In this document: positions 21,627 through 30,172 of the stretch, piece by piece | How the letters are laid out: every line of letters starts with the position of its first letter | Numbering within the stretch: position 1 is the stretch's first letter | Source of the DNA: a virus | Lineage: Duplodnaviria; Heunggongvirae; Uroviricota; Caudoviricetes | Virus record (IMG/VR): IMGVR_UViG_2711768061_000003 | Span: 1-41,806 of that record | Length of the DNA: 41,806 nucleotides | Reading direction: 5' to 3' (one strand) | The notes under the pieces: generated by a model | What the model saw: only the letters and a program-made list of their open reading frames with translations | What the model was told of the DNA's origin: nothing | The model's database searches: none | Program-made: the position numbers and the translations under genes

Positions 21627-22092
21627 GGTTGAATAGCTCCTTGATACGAGAGCGCCGCTTATCGCGATCTCCCTTATCAGGTGTCACGTCTTCAACTTGC
21701 GACTGCTCTTTGAGGCCCAAATCACGGGCGATGATATTAGCGTTGAGAAGGTCAGCGGCTGCGCCAGAGAATTTCTGGTCGTAGATGATGTCTTCCGCTC
21801 GTGATGTGACGTCAGAAAAACCTTCCATTGACCGGAAGGTTCCCCATGTTTGTCTGGTGATATCAAGGAAGGTACACAATCCTGAAATAGTCATGGCTCG
21901 CATCTTAGGGACATTAGCCTTAATTATTTCTCCCTGATATGAAAATACCTTACCCTCCCATAGCGGGTTATCATCAGCCCACTCGAAGTATTCACAACAA
22001 GCATCCCACAGCGCCTCAGGCGATTCGAATTTAGGATTTCGCCCATGACTACTGCGGGCCTCCCAAAATCGGTTGCCCTTTGGTGCTGCCAT
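21604..22092 (-). CDS. terminase small subunit (P22 gp3-like)
   Basis: Product [29 protein letters not shown]...[18 protein letters not shown] closely resembles P22 gp3 as recalled; the track ORF starts two codons upstream (22098). Confidence 0.85.
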   Translation of the reverse strand: MAAPKGNRFWEARSSHGRNPKFESPEALWDACCEYFEWADDNPLWEGKVFSYQGEIIKANVPKMRAMTISGLCTFLDITRQTWGTFRSMEGFSDVTSRAEDIIYDQKFSGAAADLLNANIIARDLGLKEQSQVEDVTPDKGDRDKRRSRIKELFNRGTGRDS

Positions 22093-22127
22093 ATTCATCT
22101 CACTTAATCGTTATTTCAGGTTGAGCA

Positions 22128-22370
22128 TCATGCTCCGGTGGTGAACAGGTCTAACGCTTCCTTCGATTTACGCACCGCTTCGATAGTGCGGGTCGTGATA
22201 TCTGAATTAGCGCCGCCTGACTGGAAGTGAATTTTGAATAGCTCAAGCTTCAACTCGTCAGTGCCAATGAATTGAAATGCTTCCTCCGCGGCTGCGTTCT
22301 GGTTCATGACCAGCTTGTAAATCTCTAACTGGAATTTCTGTTCTTCAGTCATGGGAATAATCTCTGCCAT
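22128..22370 (-). CDS. hypothetical protein (P22 orf80-like position upstream of terminase)
   Basis: 80-aa ORF in the slot between the Rha-like gene and terminase small subunit. Confidence 0.5.
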   Translation of the reverse strand: MAEIIPMTEEQKFQLEIYKLVMNQNAAAEEAFQFIGTDELKLELFKIHFQSGGANSDITTRTIEAVRKSKEALDLFTTGA

Positions 22371-22722
22371 TGTTGGCTCCGTTTATCCGTTAAAAGGGAT
22401 ATCAATTAAGTTATCCCGTGTAGGGTATAAGCCATTGTCGAGACCACTCATTGAATGGCCTCTGCAATAACCGATGTCTTTCCATCAGTCCGCCACCACA
22501 AAGAATCTTTTTTGCCTTAAGGCTGGAGGTTCATCTTTCAGTGGCTGCCAGTGTTATTTCCCCACTTTCTGGCTTGGGTTGTTTCGCTGTACTGCCGCAA
22601 CTGGTGGTGCACAGATTTAGTTAAATCTGTTCTCGCCTGAACTATCTTTTACATACCCGGATTGTGGGGATGTAAATCACGGTTTCATTATCAAGCCCAC
22701 CCGTAGATGAGCTTTGGAATGG

Positions 22723-23241
22723 TCACTTTGGCAGTCCGGGGATCGATATTTGCGCCTGCTGCTCAAGCCTTTCGATTCTTGCTATGAGTTGCGGTTTTTT
22801 GATCCTGCCCCAGCGGTTCAGCAAGCGTCCTGACATACTGGCAACATCCTTTTCCTTCATGAACTCCAGCATTAACTCGTTGTGCTCTCTTTGGTATGAG
22901 TGAGCCATCTCCATCAGCCTGTCACGCATCCAATTAAATGCTTTGATAAACGCCTCTTTGATGGCGGCAGCTTTTTTGCCGGTAAACGACATGATGATGT
23001 ACATCGCGCCGTCTTTGGAAATTTCATATTCAACATACTGATTACCCTTGTGTTCATAGGTAACCCGCGAAAAGTTGCTGGTTAGAAATTCATCCGAACA
23101 GTCTAGCTTTTCGATTTTCTGAATGATGTGGTGATGCTGCTTGTCGAAGTAAGCTGCTACCTTGCGGGAGGTTGTGATCACGCGATCACCAGAAACAACC
23201 ACCATGTCCCGGAAATCGAGATTAGCCAATTGATGATTCAT
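22723..23241 (-). CDS. rha: Rha-family phage regulatory protein
   Basis: N-terminal region MNHQLANLDFRDMVVVSGDRVITTSRKVAAYFDKQHHHIIQKI typical of the Rha domain; start chosen at the internal Met (track ORF extends to 23277). Confidence 0.7.
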   Translation of the reverse strand: MNHQLANLDFRDMVVVSGDRVITTSRKVAAYFDKQHHHIIQKIEKLDCSDEFLTSNFSRVTYEHKGNQYVEYEISKDGAMYIIMSFTGKKAAAIKEAFIKAFNWMRDRLMEMAHSYQREHNELMLEFMKEKDVASMSGRLLNRWGRIKKPQLIARIERLEQQAQISIPGLPK

Positions 23242-23391
23242 AGCGTCTTTACCTTTTAGAAAGTGAGCCTGTCTCACAGAAAAGCCGCCCCGAGATGGTC
23301 GCCACCATATACGGCAGTTCTCAGGCTCAACTTTCTGAAAGGCTCGGGTGATGTAATATGCGCGTGAGATGCGCTGTGAAATTCAGATGTA

Positions 23392-23418
23392 AAAAAAGCC
23401 CCGCATCGCGAGGCTCAT
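23392..23418 (-). terminator. putative rho-independent terminator downstream of Rz
   Basis: Minus-strand GC-rich imperfect hairpin (GCCTCGC...GCGGGGC) followed by a U7 run. Confidence 0.4.
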
Positions 23419-23446
23419 TAAATTGACTTTGTGATTTGCAAAAAAA

Positions 23447-23884
23447 TTATTTCAGGCATTGCGTCCTGATGTATTCCTGCAGGTAGTTAACCTGCGCGGT
23501 TATCCTGTCGATTCCACTTCGGAGACGGTAATAATTGAGTTCAGCATCTGCTGTAAGTCTTGGGCTTTCTCCATCGCCCATGCTGCTGGCTCCGGTCGTT
23601 GACTTTGCACAGGTGGCGGCGACTTGCAGGCGCTTACGACCAGCAGAAACATCAGCACGGAGACTTTCGATAGTCGCGTTAGCATCAGCAAGCTCCTTTG
23701 TGTATCTGGCGTCGAGTTCTGCTACATCACGTTGACGCTTCTGCATGTCAGCGATGATGTACGTGGCTTTATCGCGCTGGGTTTTGTAGGTAATGGCGTT
23801 ATCACGGTAATGATTAACAGCCCATGACAGGCAAACGATGATGCAGATAACCAGAGCGGAGATAATCGCGGTTACTCTGCTCAT
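23447..23884 (-). CDS. Rz: i-spanin Rz
   Basis: 145-aa protein with N-terminal transmembrane segment and coiled-coil periplasmic domain, directly after the endolysin gene. Confidence 0.85.
   Translation of the reverse strand: MSRVTAIISALVICIIVCLSWAVNHYRDNAITYKTQRDKATYIIADMQKRQRDVAELDARYTKELADANATIESLRADVSAGRKRLQVAATCAKSTTGASSMGDGESPRLTADAELNYYRLRSGIDRITAQVNYLQEYIRTQCLK
23500..23691 (-). CDS. Rz1: o-spanin Rz1 (lipoprotein embedded in Rz in an alternate frame)
   Basis: ORF entirely within Rz; lipobox LVVSAC followed by a Pro-rich segment ([17 protein letters not shown]), as in lambda Rz1. Confidence 0.65.
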   Translation of the reverse strand: MLMLTRLSKVSVLMFLLVVSACKSPPPVQSQRPEPAAWAMEKAQDLQQMLNSIITVSEVESTG

Positions 23885-24357
23885 ACCTCAATCTCTCTGA
23901 CCGTTCCGCCAGCCTCTTTGAATTTTGCAATCAGACTGTCAGCCTTATGCTCGAACTGACCATAACCAGCGCCCGGCAGTGAAGCCCATATATTGCTGCA
24001 ACGGTCGATAGCCTGACGGATGTCACCGCGATCAATCATCGGTAAAGCGCCACGCTCTTTAATCTGTTGCAATGCCACAGCATCCTGGCTTTTCGGAGAG
24101 AAGTCTTTCAGGCCAAGCTGCTTACGATAGGCATCCCACCAACGGGAAAGAAGTTGGTAACGTCCGGCTGCTGTTGATTTGAGTTTGGGGTTTAGCGTGA
24201 CAAGTTTGCGAGGGTGATCGGAGTAATCAGTGAATAGCTCTCCGCCAACAATGACGTCATAACCATGATTTCTGGTTTTTTGACGTCCGTTATCAGTTCC
24301 CTCTGACCACGCCAGCATATCGAGGAACGCCTTACGTTGATTATTGATTTCCACCAT
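23881..24357 (-). CDS. R: endolysin, lambda R-type lytic transglycosylase
   Basis: 158-aa product essentially identical to lambda R as recalled ([39 protein letters not shown]...). Confidence 0.95.
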   Translation of the reverse strand: MVEINNQRKAFLDMLAWSEGTDNGRQKTRNHGYDVIVGGELFTDYSDHPRKLVTLNPKLKSTAAGRYQLLSRWWDAYRKQLGLKDFSPKSQDAVALQQIKERGALPMIDRGDIRQAIDRCSNIWASLPGAGYGQFEHKADSLIAKFKEAGGTVREIEV

Positions 24358-24664
24358 CTTCTACTCCGGCTTTTTTAGCAGCGAAGCGTTTGATAAGCGA
24401 ACCAATCGAGTCAGTACCGATGTAGCCGATGAACACGCTCGTTATATAAGCGAGATTGCTACTTAGTCCGGCGAAGTCGAGAAGGTCACGAATGAACCAG
24501 GCGATAATGGCGCACATCGTTGCGTCGATTACTGTTTTTGTAAACGCACCGCCATTATATCTGCCGCGAAGGTACGCCATTGCAAACGCAAGGATTGCCC
24601 CGATGCCTTGTTCCTTTGCCGCGAGAATGGCGGCTAACAGGTCATGTTTTTCTGGCATCTTCAT
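24341..24664 (-). CDS. S: holin, lambda S-type (dual start S107/S105)
   Basis: 107-aa product essentially identical to lambda S as recalled ([39 protein letters not shown]...). Confidence 0.95.
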   Translation of the reverse strand: MKMPEKHDLLAAILAAKEQGIGAILAFAMAYLRGRYNGGAFTKTVIDATMCAIIAWFIRDLLDFAGLSSNLAYITSVFIGYIGTDSIGSLIKRFAAKKAGVEDGGNQ

Positions 24665-25164
24665 GTCTTACCCCCAATAAGGGGATTTGCTCTATTTAAT
24701 TAGGAATAAGGTCGATTACTGATAGAACAAATCCAGGCTACTGTGTTTAGTAATCAGATTTGTTCGTGACCGATATGCACGGGCAAAACGGCAGGAGGTT
24801 GTTAGCGCGACCTCCTGTCACCCGCTTTCACGAAGACCATGTGTAGAAGGCCGCAGCGTAACTATCACTGATGAATTCAGGATAGCCAGTGGCTACGGCT
24901 CAGTTTGGATTGTGGCGACCGGTGCTGATCTCCGGTTTGCTGCAACTGCCTACAGCGGGCTACGTGGCCACACCGAATCCAGCGAAAGATTCTTGCCCTT
25001 ACACATCAGCCTGTGCATTCACCACAACGATAAGAGCACTGCGCGGCACCTTTCACCAATTCCGCGAGGTCTGCGGGTTCAATGCTCTTACCTGTTGTGC
25101 AAACAAAAAAAAGCCACCGTTGCAACTTAAGAGTCACTAACGGCAGCTTACCTTCTAATTATGG

Positions 25165-25683
25165 CTAAATGGATAATTGCATGTCAAGGCTTTTAACAGC
25201 AACATGCTTAACTTTCTCAACACGTTTACGCATTTTGAAAGCATTTTGCATTGGTTGGTACAAAACAAATAACGACGCTTTCAGGATGTCGTCAATTTCG
25301 TTTCTACAGGTTGCCAGTGAAGGTTTTCTCCATCCCTCGCCACCACGTCCACACATCTTGCGTGGCTTTGCAGTCGCGTGATAGTAGGATGCAATTGCTC
25401 GCTTAGATGAACCATGAGCGTAGTAGCTGAGGAGGATGCCAAAGGCTTTCTTGTCAATGTACATGACGGAATCGACGACCTGAGAAATCAACATTCCATC
25501 ATCATCATTGCACATTGGCCTTGTCATAACTCTTCCCGGCTCTACGCTCTCCATGAACTTCGCTATTACGCTGCTCATGCGCTTTTCCAGACGACCTGAA
25601 TAAACCCATGCGCCCCACAGTTCAAGCCAGCCATTAAGCCACTCATGCTGTTCTTTGGTGAGGTTTAGTTCTCTTATGCTCAT
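25165..25683 (-). CDS. putative late-gene antiterminator (Q-like)
   Basis: 172-aa ORF between ninH and the S holin gene with a ~480-bp noncoding region downstream, the positional hallmark of Q; sequence not specifically recognised. Confidence 0.55.
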   Translation of the reverse strand: MSIRELNLTKEQHEWLNGWLELWGAWVYSGRLEKRMSSVIAKFMESVEPGRVMTRPMCNDDDGMLISQVVDSVMYIDKKAFGILLSYYAHGSSKRAIASYYHATAKPRKMCGRGGEGWRKPSLATCRNEIDDILKASLFVLYQPMQNAFKMRKRVEKVKHVAVKSLDMQLSI

Positions 25684-25868
25684 CGTCTTCCTCTCTTGCC
25701 CTGTTTGACCATCAGGACGCCGTTAACTATTACGTGACGCTCGCCTTTGCTGTCTCGGTTGTACTTGAGCACTGTTCCTCTTGCGCAGGAAAGCATCCTC
25801 GCCACTTCGGTCTGATTGCCTCGTGTCTGGATAAGAAGCTCTGGTATCGTTTGAATTGTGGCGTTCAT
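25680..25868 (-). CDS. ninH: NinH-like protein
   Basis: 62-aa product with GNQTEVARMLSCARGTVLKY helix-turn-helix-like segment resembling lambda NinH as recalled. Confidence 0.8.
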   Translation of the reverse strand: MNATIQTIPELLIQTRGNQTEVARMLSCARGTVLKYNRDSKGERHVIVNGVLMVKQGKRGRR

Positions 25869-26227
25869 GCGTTCTCCAGTTCGGTGATTTTTATTCCAAG
25901 CCGTCCGCCTGGTACTTTCACACCACGAATTACGCGAATGTCATCGAATTGCTCGTCGTCTTCCGCAAATCCGGCGTGGATAAGGGAGTCGAGTAAACCT
26001 TTCAGGATGTTGTCGAGGTCGCGGCGGCGGGAGTCTGGAACGTCTGCGATGACTTTGATGCGGAGTCGTGATTTGGTGAAAATATCTAACTTGAGTTGGC
26101 GGATGATTTGCTGAACGTCTTTTCGGTATTTCTGGCCTTTATCGCTGATGTAGTATTGGCTTCCCCGTCTTCGCCAGTAGGTATTCACCGACGGCGGGTA
26201 TGGAAGCACAAACTGATATTCGTTCAT
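25865..26227 (-). CDS. rusA: Holliday junction resolvase RusA-like
   Basis: 120-aa product with RRRDLDN motif and GGRL C-terminal segment, resembling E. coli RusA as recalled. Confidence 0.85.
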   Translation of the reverse strand: MNEYQFVLPYPPSVNTYWRRRGSQYYISDKGQKYRKDVQQIIRQLKLDIFTKSRLRIKVIADVPDSRRRDLDNILKGLLDSLIHAGFAEDDEQFDDIRVIRGVKVPGGRLGIKITELENA

Positions 26228-26514
26228 GACTTAATCTTCCCCTCCTTCAGCAGTATCGCCTGCGTCCTGATCACGCCTTCGAGGTGGTAAAGTCTGGCGT
26301 CTTTGTTGTCGAGAATCCTTGTGCGTCGGTCGATCTCCGCGTGGCAGTCACTACAAGCCCATGCACCGATCAGGTCGTCAGGCTTCATTCCCGTTCCGCA
26401 AATTCCAGCCATCCGGTAATGTGCCAGAACTGTAGTTTCAGGGTTGCCATTGCATATGCCGTAAATACGTACCTGGCATGCTCTGCCTCGCGCTTCTTTG
26501 CGTAGGTTAGCCAT
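26224..26514 (-). CDS. YbcO-like (DUF1364) Cys-rich nin-region protein, putative nuclease
   Basis: 96-aa product MANLRKEARGRACQVRIYGICNGNPETTVLAHYR... resembling DLP12 YbcO as recalled. Confidence 0.75.
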   Translation of the reverse strand: MANLRKEARGRACQVRIYGICNGNPETTVLAHYRMAGICGTGMKPDDLIGAWACSDCHAEIDRRTRILDNKDARLYHLEGVIRTQAILLKEGKIKS

Positions 26515-27236
26515 TAAGCAGCCTCCCCTGTTACTTTCAGCATTCCGTTATCGAGCAGCTTTCTGGTCAGCCACTGTTGACCACGCCCGGTGATTTTTGT
26601 GGTGAACGATATCTGTATTCCGTGATTTGTATTGACCGCTGTTTCTTTCACTGTGAAATAGCCGCGATCCATATATTCCTGCATTGGCACATTGCGCCGG
26701 GAACCTGAAGCAATAAGGATTTTGTGATCGCGCATCCATGCAAACAGTTTGTTTGGACCAATACCAACAACCTTTGCATAGTTTCCAATCAAAATTCCGC
26801 TCGCCTCGCCAACGCGATCGGCAAACTCAACTTTAGGTGCGGCAATTGCGAGCTGGTTTTCCAGTTGCATTTTCTGCTCAGCAAGGTCAGCAGCAAGGCG
26901 CAACGCTTCTGGTAGCGTTTTGGGGATATTAACCGCAGCTTCTTCAAGCTCTCGCCAACGGTCAACAAGACGAGCGGTGAATTCCGGCGACAACTGGGCA
27001 ACAACAACAATACTATCTCGCTTACCTTGTTCGCCTTCGAAGACGTAATGCTCGTACTGAACATTGAACCCTAAATTATTGATTCTTTCGGAAACCTCAA
27101 TCTGAGGAAGCCGGATAACACCATTTTTAGCCAGCGTTTCGATGGTACGTTTCACATTGTCATGACGCTTACTCACCAACTCAGCGATTTCAATGCTTGT
27201 CATTTTGATGGCATTGCCATTTATTAACTCATTCAT
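26514..27236 (-). CDS. phage regulatory/antirepressor protein (Rha-like N-terminal domain, KilA-C-like C-terminal domain)
   Basis: 240-aa ORF; N-terminal MTSIEIAELVSKRHDNVKRTIETL is Rha-like; C-terminal half resembles antirepressor KilAC domains. Confidence 0.75.
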   Translation of the reverse strand: MNELINGNAIKMTSIEIAELVSKRHDNVKRTIETLAKNGVIRLPQIEVSERINNLGFNVQYEHYVFEGEQGKRDSIVVVAQLSPEFTARLVDRWRELEEAAVNIPKTLPEALRLAADLAEQKMQLENQLAIAAPKVEFADRVGEASGILIGNYAKVVGIGPNKLFAWMRDHKILIASGSRRNVPMQEYMDRGYFTVKETAVNTNHGIQISFTTKITGRGQQWLTRKLLDNGMLKVTGEAA

Positions 27237-27441
27237 CGTCTTCTTCCTCGTACATTGAGCTATTCGGATCGCTCATCAGTTCTGCGCAGCAGTGCTCACA
27301 CACGTGAACTTCCAGCACATGCAGCTTCTGACCGCAGTTAGCACACGTTAAAGCCCGCTCGACGCTTTCTTGTTCGTAACTTCGATTTGGGTCAATCACC
27401 TTGTATTCCTCGCACGATGTCTTAGCCACCGGATATCCCAC
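27229..27441 (-). CDS. ninF: NinF-like zinc-ribbon protein
   Basis: Product contains [38 protein letters not shown], resembling lambda NinF as recalled; true start may be downstream of the first ATG (overlap with ninE otherwise). Confidence 0.65.
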   Translation of the reverse strand: MGYPVAKTSCEEYKVIDPNRSYEQESVERALTCANCGQKLHVLEVHVCEHCCAELMSDPNSSMYEEEDDE

Positions 27442-27578
27442 AGGTGAGCCGTGTAGTTGAAGGTTTTTACGTCAGATTCTTTTGGGATTGGCTTGCGTTT
27501 ATTTCTGGAGCGTTTCGTTGGAAGGTATTTGCAGTTTTCGCAGATGATGTCGGTGATACTTCGTCGCTGTCGTCTCAT
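27396..27578 (-). CDS. ninE: NinE-like protein
   Basis: 60-aa product [52 protein letters not shown]... resembling lambda NinE as recalled; start at internal Met of the track ORF. Confidence 0.75.
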   Translation of the reverse strand: MRRQRRSITDIICENCKYLPTKRSRNKRKPIPKESDVKTFNYTAHLWDIRWLRHRARNTR

Positions 27579-28102
27579 GCCGCCCTCCTGACGCCCTGCC
27601 CGATCGCCATCAATGCCGCTTTGGATACGGTAGTAAACATCCGTCGAGGACTGATGAACGGTCGCCAAATCAGCAGCATGGAACCTTTGCTGTTTCCCTT
27701 CTTCTCCAGCCCTGTCGATGGTTCGATAAAATTAATCCGTCCATCAGTAATGATGCGAACTTCGTCAACACTCTCCAGAGCCTTGCTGAACCATCCGACA
27801 GACATATCCTCTGGCACAAGCATCACTATCGTCTGTCGCTGTTGTATGCACTGCTCAGCGGCTTTTTCCACCCACGGCCTGATATTGCTGTACGGTGGGT
27901 TATTCCAGATTGCACCGTGGCTTACCCACTCAGAATTGAGTGCGTCGTCGGCCTCAGTTAGCCAGTGAGCACACAGAGCATTTTTGTCGCTCGCTGCCGA
28001 ATCCAGCCAGAATCCAAACTCAATATCCAGTGCATCAAAAAGCCAAAGCGGCGTTTGCCAGCAGTCCTTGTCGTGTGCTGGCGTATTTGATTTGATAGTC
28101 AT
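27575..28102 (-). CDS. DNA N6-adenine methyltransferase (phage Dam family)
   Basis: Product begins [25 protein letters not shown] and contains the NPPY catalytic motif; start at internal Met overlapping the ninB stop (ATGA). Confidence 0.8.
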   Translation of the reverse strand: MTIKSNTPAHDKDCWQTPLWLFDALDIEFGFWLDSAASDKNALCAHWLTEADDALNSEWVSHGAIWNNPPYSNIRPWVEKAAEQCIQQRQTIVMLVPEDMSVGWFSKALESVDEVRIITDGRINFIEPSTGLEKKGNSKGSMLLIWRPFISPRRMFTTVSKAALMAIGQGVRRAA

Positions 28103-28539
28103 GCAGCCCGATCTCCCCATCGCGCTTTCCACTCCAGAGCCAGTCGCGCTTCGTCTGACCACTTAACGCCACGCTCTGTACCGAATGCCTGTATAAGCTC
28201 TAATAGCTCCGCAAATTCGCTTACACGCATCCTGCTGGTTGACTGGCCTATTACCACAAAGCCATTCCCGGCAAGGTTAGGAACAACGTCCTGCTGCTTT
28301 AATGCTGCGGTAAACACACACTTCCAGCTTTCTGCATCCAGCCAGCGACCATGCCATTCAACCTGACGAGAGACGTCACCTAAGCAGGCCCATAGCTTCC
28401 TGTTTTGGTCTAAGCTGCGGTTGCGTTCCTGAATGGTTACTACGATTGGTTTGGTTGGGTCTGGAAGGATTTGCTGTACTGCGTGAATAGCGTTTTGCTG
28501 ATGTGCTGGGGATCGAATTTCAAAGGTTAGTTTTTTCAT
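28099..28539 (-). CDS. ninB: NinB (recombination protein, Orf family)
   Basis: 146-aa product, same length as lambda NinB, with strong similarity as recalled. Confidence 0.85.
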   Translation of the reverse strand: MKKLTFEIRSPAHQQNAIHAVQQILPDPTKPIVVTIQERNRSLDQNRKLWACLGDVSRQVEWHGRWLDAESWKCVFTAALKQQDVVPNLAGNGFVVIGQSTSRMRVSEFAELLELIQAFGTERGVKWSDEARLALEWKARWGDRAA

Positions 28540-28732
28540 GACTTCCCTCTCTAACAGATTTCAGGTTATTCCACTCCGTTACCGCACTGCGATAATTCGC
28601 GGCCGCCACAACAGCGTGGTTAGCGCAGTAGATTTGGCACCCGTTCTCCATGTCGAATATTGTCGGTGATTTTCCGCATTTACATTTTTTGGCACGCGGT
28701 GCGTCTGAACACATTCCGTTAACGGTGTCCAT
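28520..28732 (-). CDS. small Cys-rich hypothetical protein
   Basis: 70-aa ORF with C-x8-C-x-C and C-x3-C spacing; overlaps the ninB start by 20 nt. Confidence 0.45.
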   Translation of the reverse strand: MDTVNGMCSDAPRAKKCKCGKSPTIFDMENGCQIYCANHAVVAAANYRSAVTEWNNLKSVREGSHEKTNL

Positions 28733-28816
28733 CAGGCTCCCCCTCGTTCTTAATCCAATAAAAAAGGGCTACTGTGTAAATAGCCCCTGTTATTAGCTCA
28801 GTGATGTAGATGGTCA

Positions 28817-30079
28817 TCAGAATCCTCCTTTCTTCTTGGACTGCGGTTCCTCGCGTTCACGGCGGCGCATTTCAGCAGACTGTTGGTCTGTGTCATAAAT
28901 AGCGCCATTTGCCTGAATGCAATACACCGTGCCGGTATTGCCATGACGATTGAGACGAAGGATTAGTTCAGTTTCACCAGGTGGAACACTGTCATCAAAA
29001 GCGCCTTCACGATGGATCCCGACCCAATAATCGCAATCCTGTTCAATCTGCCCTGTATCTCGTGAGTCACTTGGTAATGGGCGTTTATTGGTTCTGCTTT
29101 CCAGTGCGCGGTTAAGCTGTGTCAGAAGCACAACAACGCAATCAAGCTCTTTGGCAAGGTTCTTCAGTCCTTTGGTGATCATGCCGTAAGCAAGGTCGTT
29201 GCGATCGGCCTTCTCAGCGGTCATTAGTGTCAGGTAATCGACCAGAATCATGCCAACACATCCTTTTTCTCGCTTGATTCGACGGCTTTCGCTGACGATT
29301 TGAGCCAGAGATAATCCCGGCGTGTCGTCGATGTAAAGCAGGTCGATTTCACTCAAGCGATTGGCTGTTTCGATCGCCCTGTTGAAGTCACCATCGTAAT
29401 CACCCTGATAGCCGTCATCAGCGTCATTTGTCGCCGGAAGGTAAAAAATATTCGGGTTAACACCAGACTTCTGCCCTACCAGTTTTTCCAGTATCTGGTC
29501 ACCAGGCATTTCAAGGCTGAACATCAGAGCGGGCTTTTTCTCATGCACTGCGCAGTTGATTGCCATCTGGCTGTATAGCGTCGTTTTCCCCATCTTAGGG
29601 CGAGCGCCAATGACAAACAGAGAGCCTTTCACCAGACCTTTCGGTGACAGCATCCTGTCCAGCGATGGGATCCCTGTGCTCATTCCTCGTTGTTCACCTG
29701 ACGGGTCAAATCGCTTCTCAAGGTCGCTAACCCAGTCTTCCATGACCTCACCAAATGAGCGAAGGCCGCGACGCGATCCGGTTTTTGCATGGTCTGTCAG
29801 TTGCGTGAAAATCGCCTGAATAGCTTCGTACTTCTGCGTCGCAGTCATTCCGTTGCGGGAATAGAGCAATTCCGTCGCTTCAGTCATGCGGTTGATGGCG
29901 TAGCGTTCCATTGCGGTTTCGCGAACCTGCATTGCATAGGCAACGATGTTTGCGGCGCTTGGCGTGTTCTTTGCGATCTCAGCGATATAAGCAAAACCGC
30001 CAACAGACACCGTTAACGATTTGCGCTCCAGTTCATCGAAAAGCGTCAGGCCATCTACTGGCTTTTGCTCCCGGTGCAT
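28817..30079 (-). CDS. replicative DNA helicase (DnaB-like, P22 gene 12-like)
   Basis: 420-aa ORF with Walker A (GARPKMGKTT) and DnaB-type motifs; an in-frame stop 5 codons upstream fixes the start. Confidence 0.9.
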   Translation of the reverse strand: MHREQKPVDGLTLFDELERKSLTVSVGGFAYIAEIAKNTPSAANIVAYAMQVRETAMERYAINRMTEATELLYSRNGMTATQKYEAIQAIFTQLTDHAKTGSRRGLRSFGEVMEDWVSDLEKRFDPSGEQRGMSTGIPSLDRMLSPKGLVKGSLFVIGARPKMGKTTLYSQMAINCAVHEKKPALMFSLEMPGDQILEKLVGQKSGVNPNIFYLPATNDADDGYQGDYDGDFNRAIETANRLSEIDLLYIDDTPGLSLAQIVSESRRIKREKGCVGMILVDYLTLMTAEKADRNDLAYGMITKGLKNLAKELDCVVVLLTQLNRALESRTNKRPLPSDSRDTGQIEQDCDYWVGIHREGAFDDSVPPGETELILRLNRHGNTGTVYCIQANGAIYDTDQQSAEMRRREREEPQSKKKGGF

Positions 30080-30172
30080 TCTGTCTGGACGCGCTCACTG
30101 CTGTCATCATCCAGAAGCAATCCACCAATCACCGCCTGCTCTGCCTCGATGCTATGGGGCGGCGCATAAAAA

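Noticed and set aside
24889-25140. 83-aa and 72-aa plus-strand ORFs in the Q-S intergenic region, and a possible tRNA there
   Set aside because: Both ORFs are on the strand opposite to the late operon and lack RBS support. Checked for tRNA features (a GGCTACG...CCGAATCC stretch) but found no proper D-arm, T-loop (GGTTCGAATCC) or complementary acceptor 3' strand.
27575-28162. Longer 195-aa form of the Dam methyltransferase starting at 28162
   Set aside because: The extension would overlap ninB by 64 nt, whereas the internal Met at 28102 gives the typical Dam N-terminus ([18 protein letters not shown]) and a 4-nt coupled overlap.
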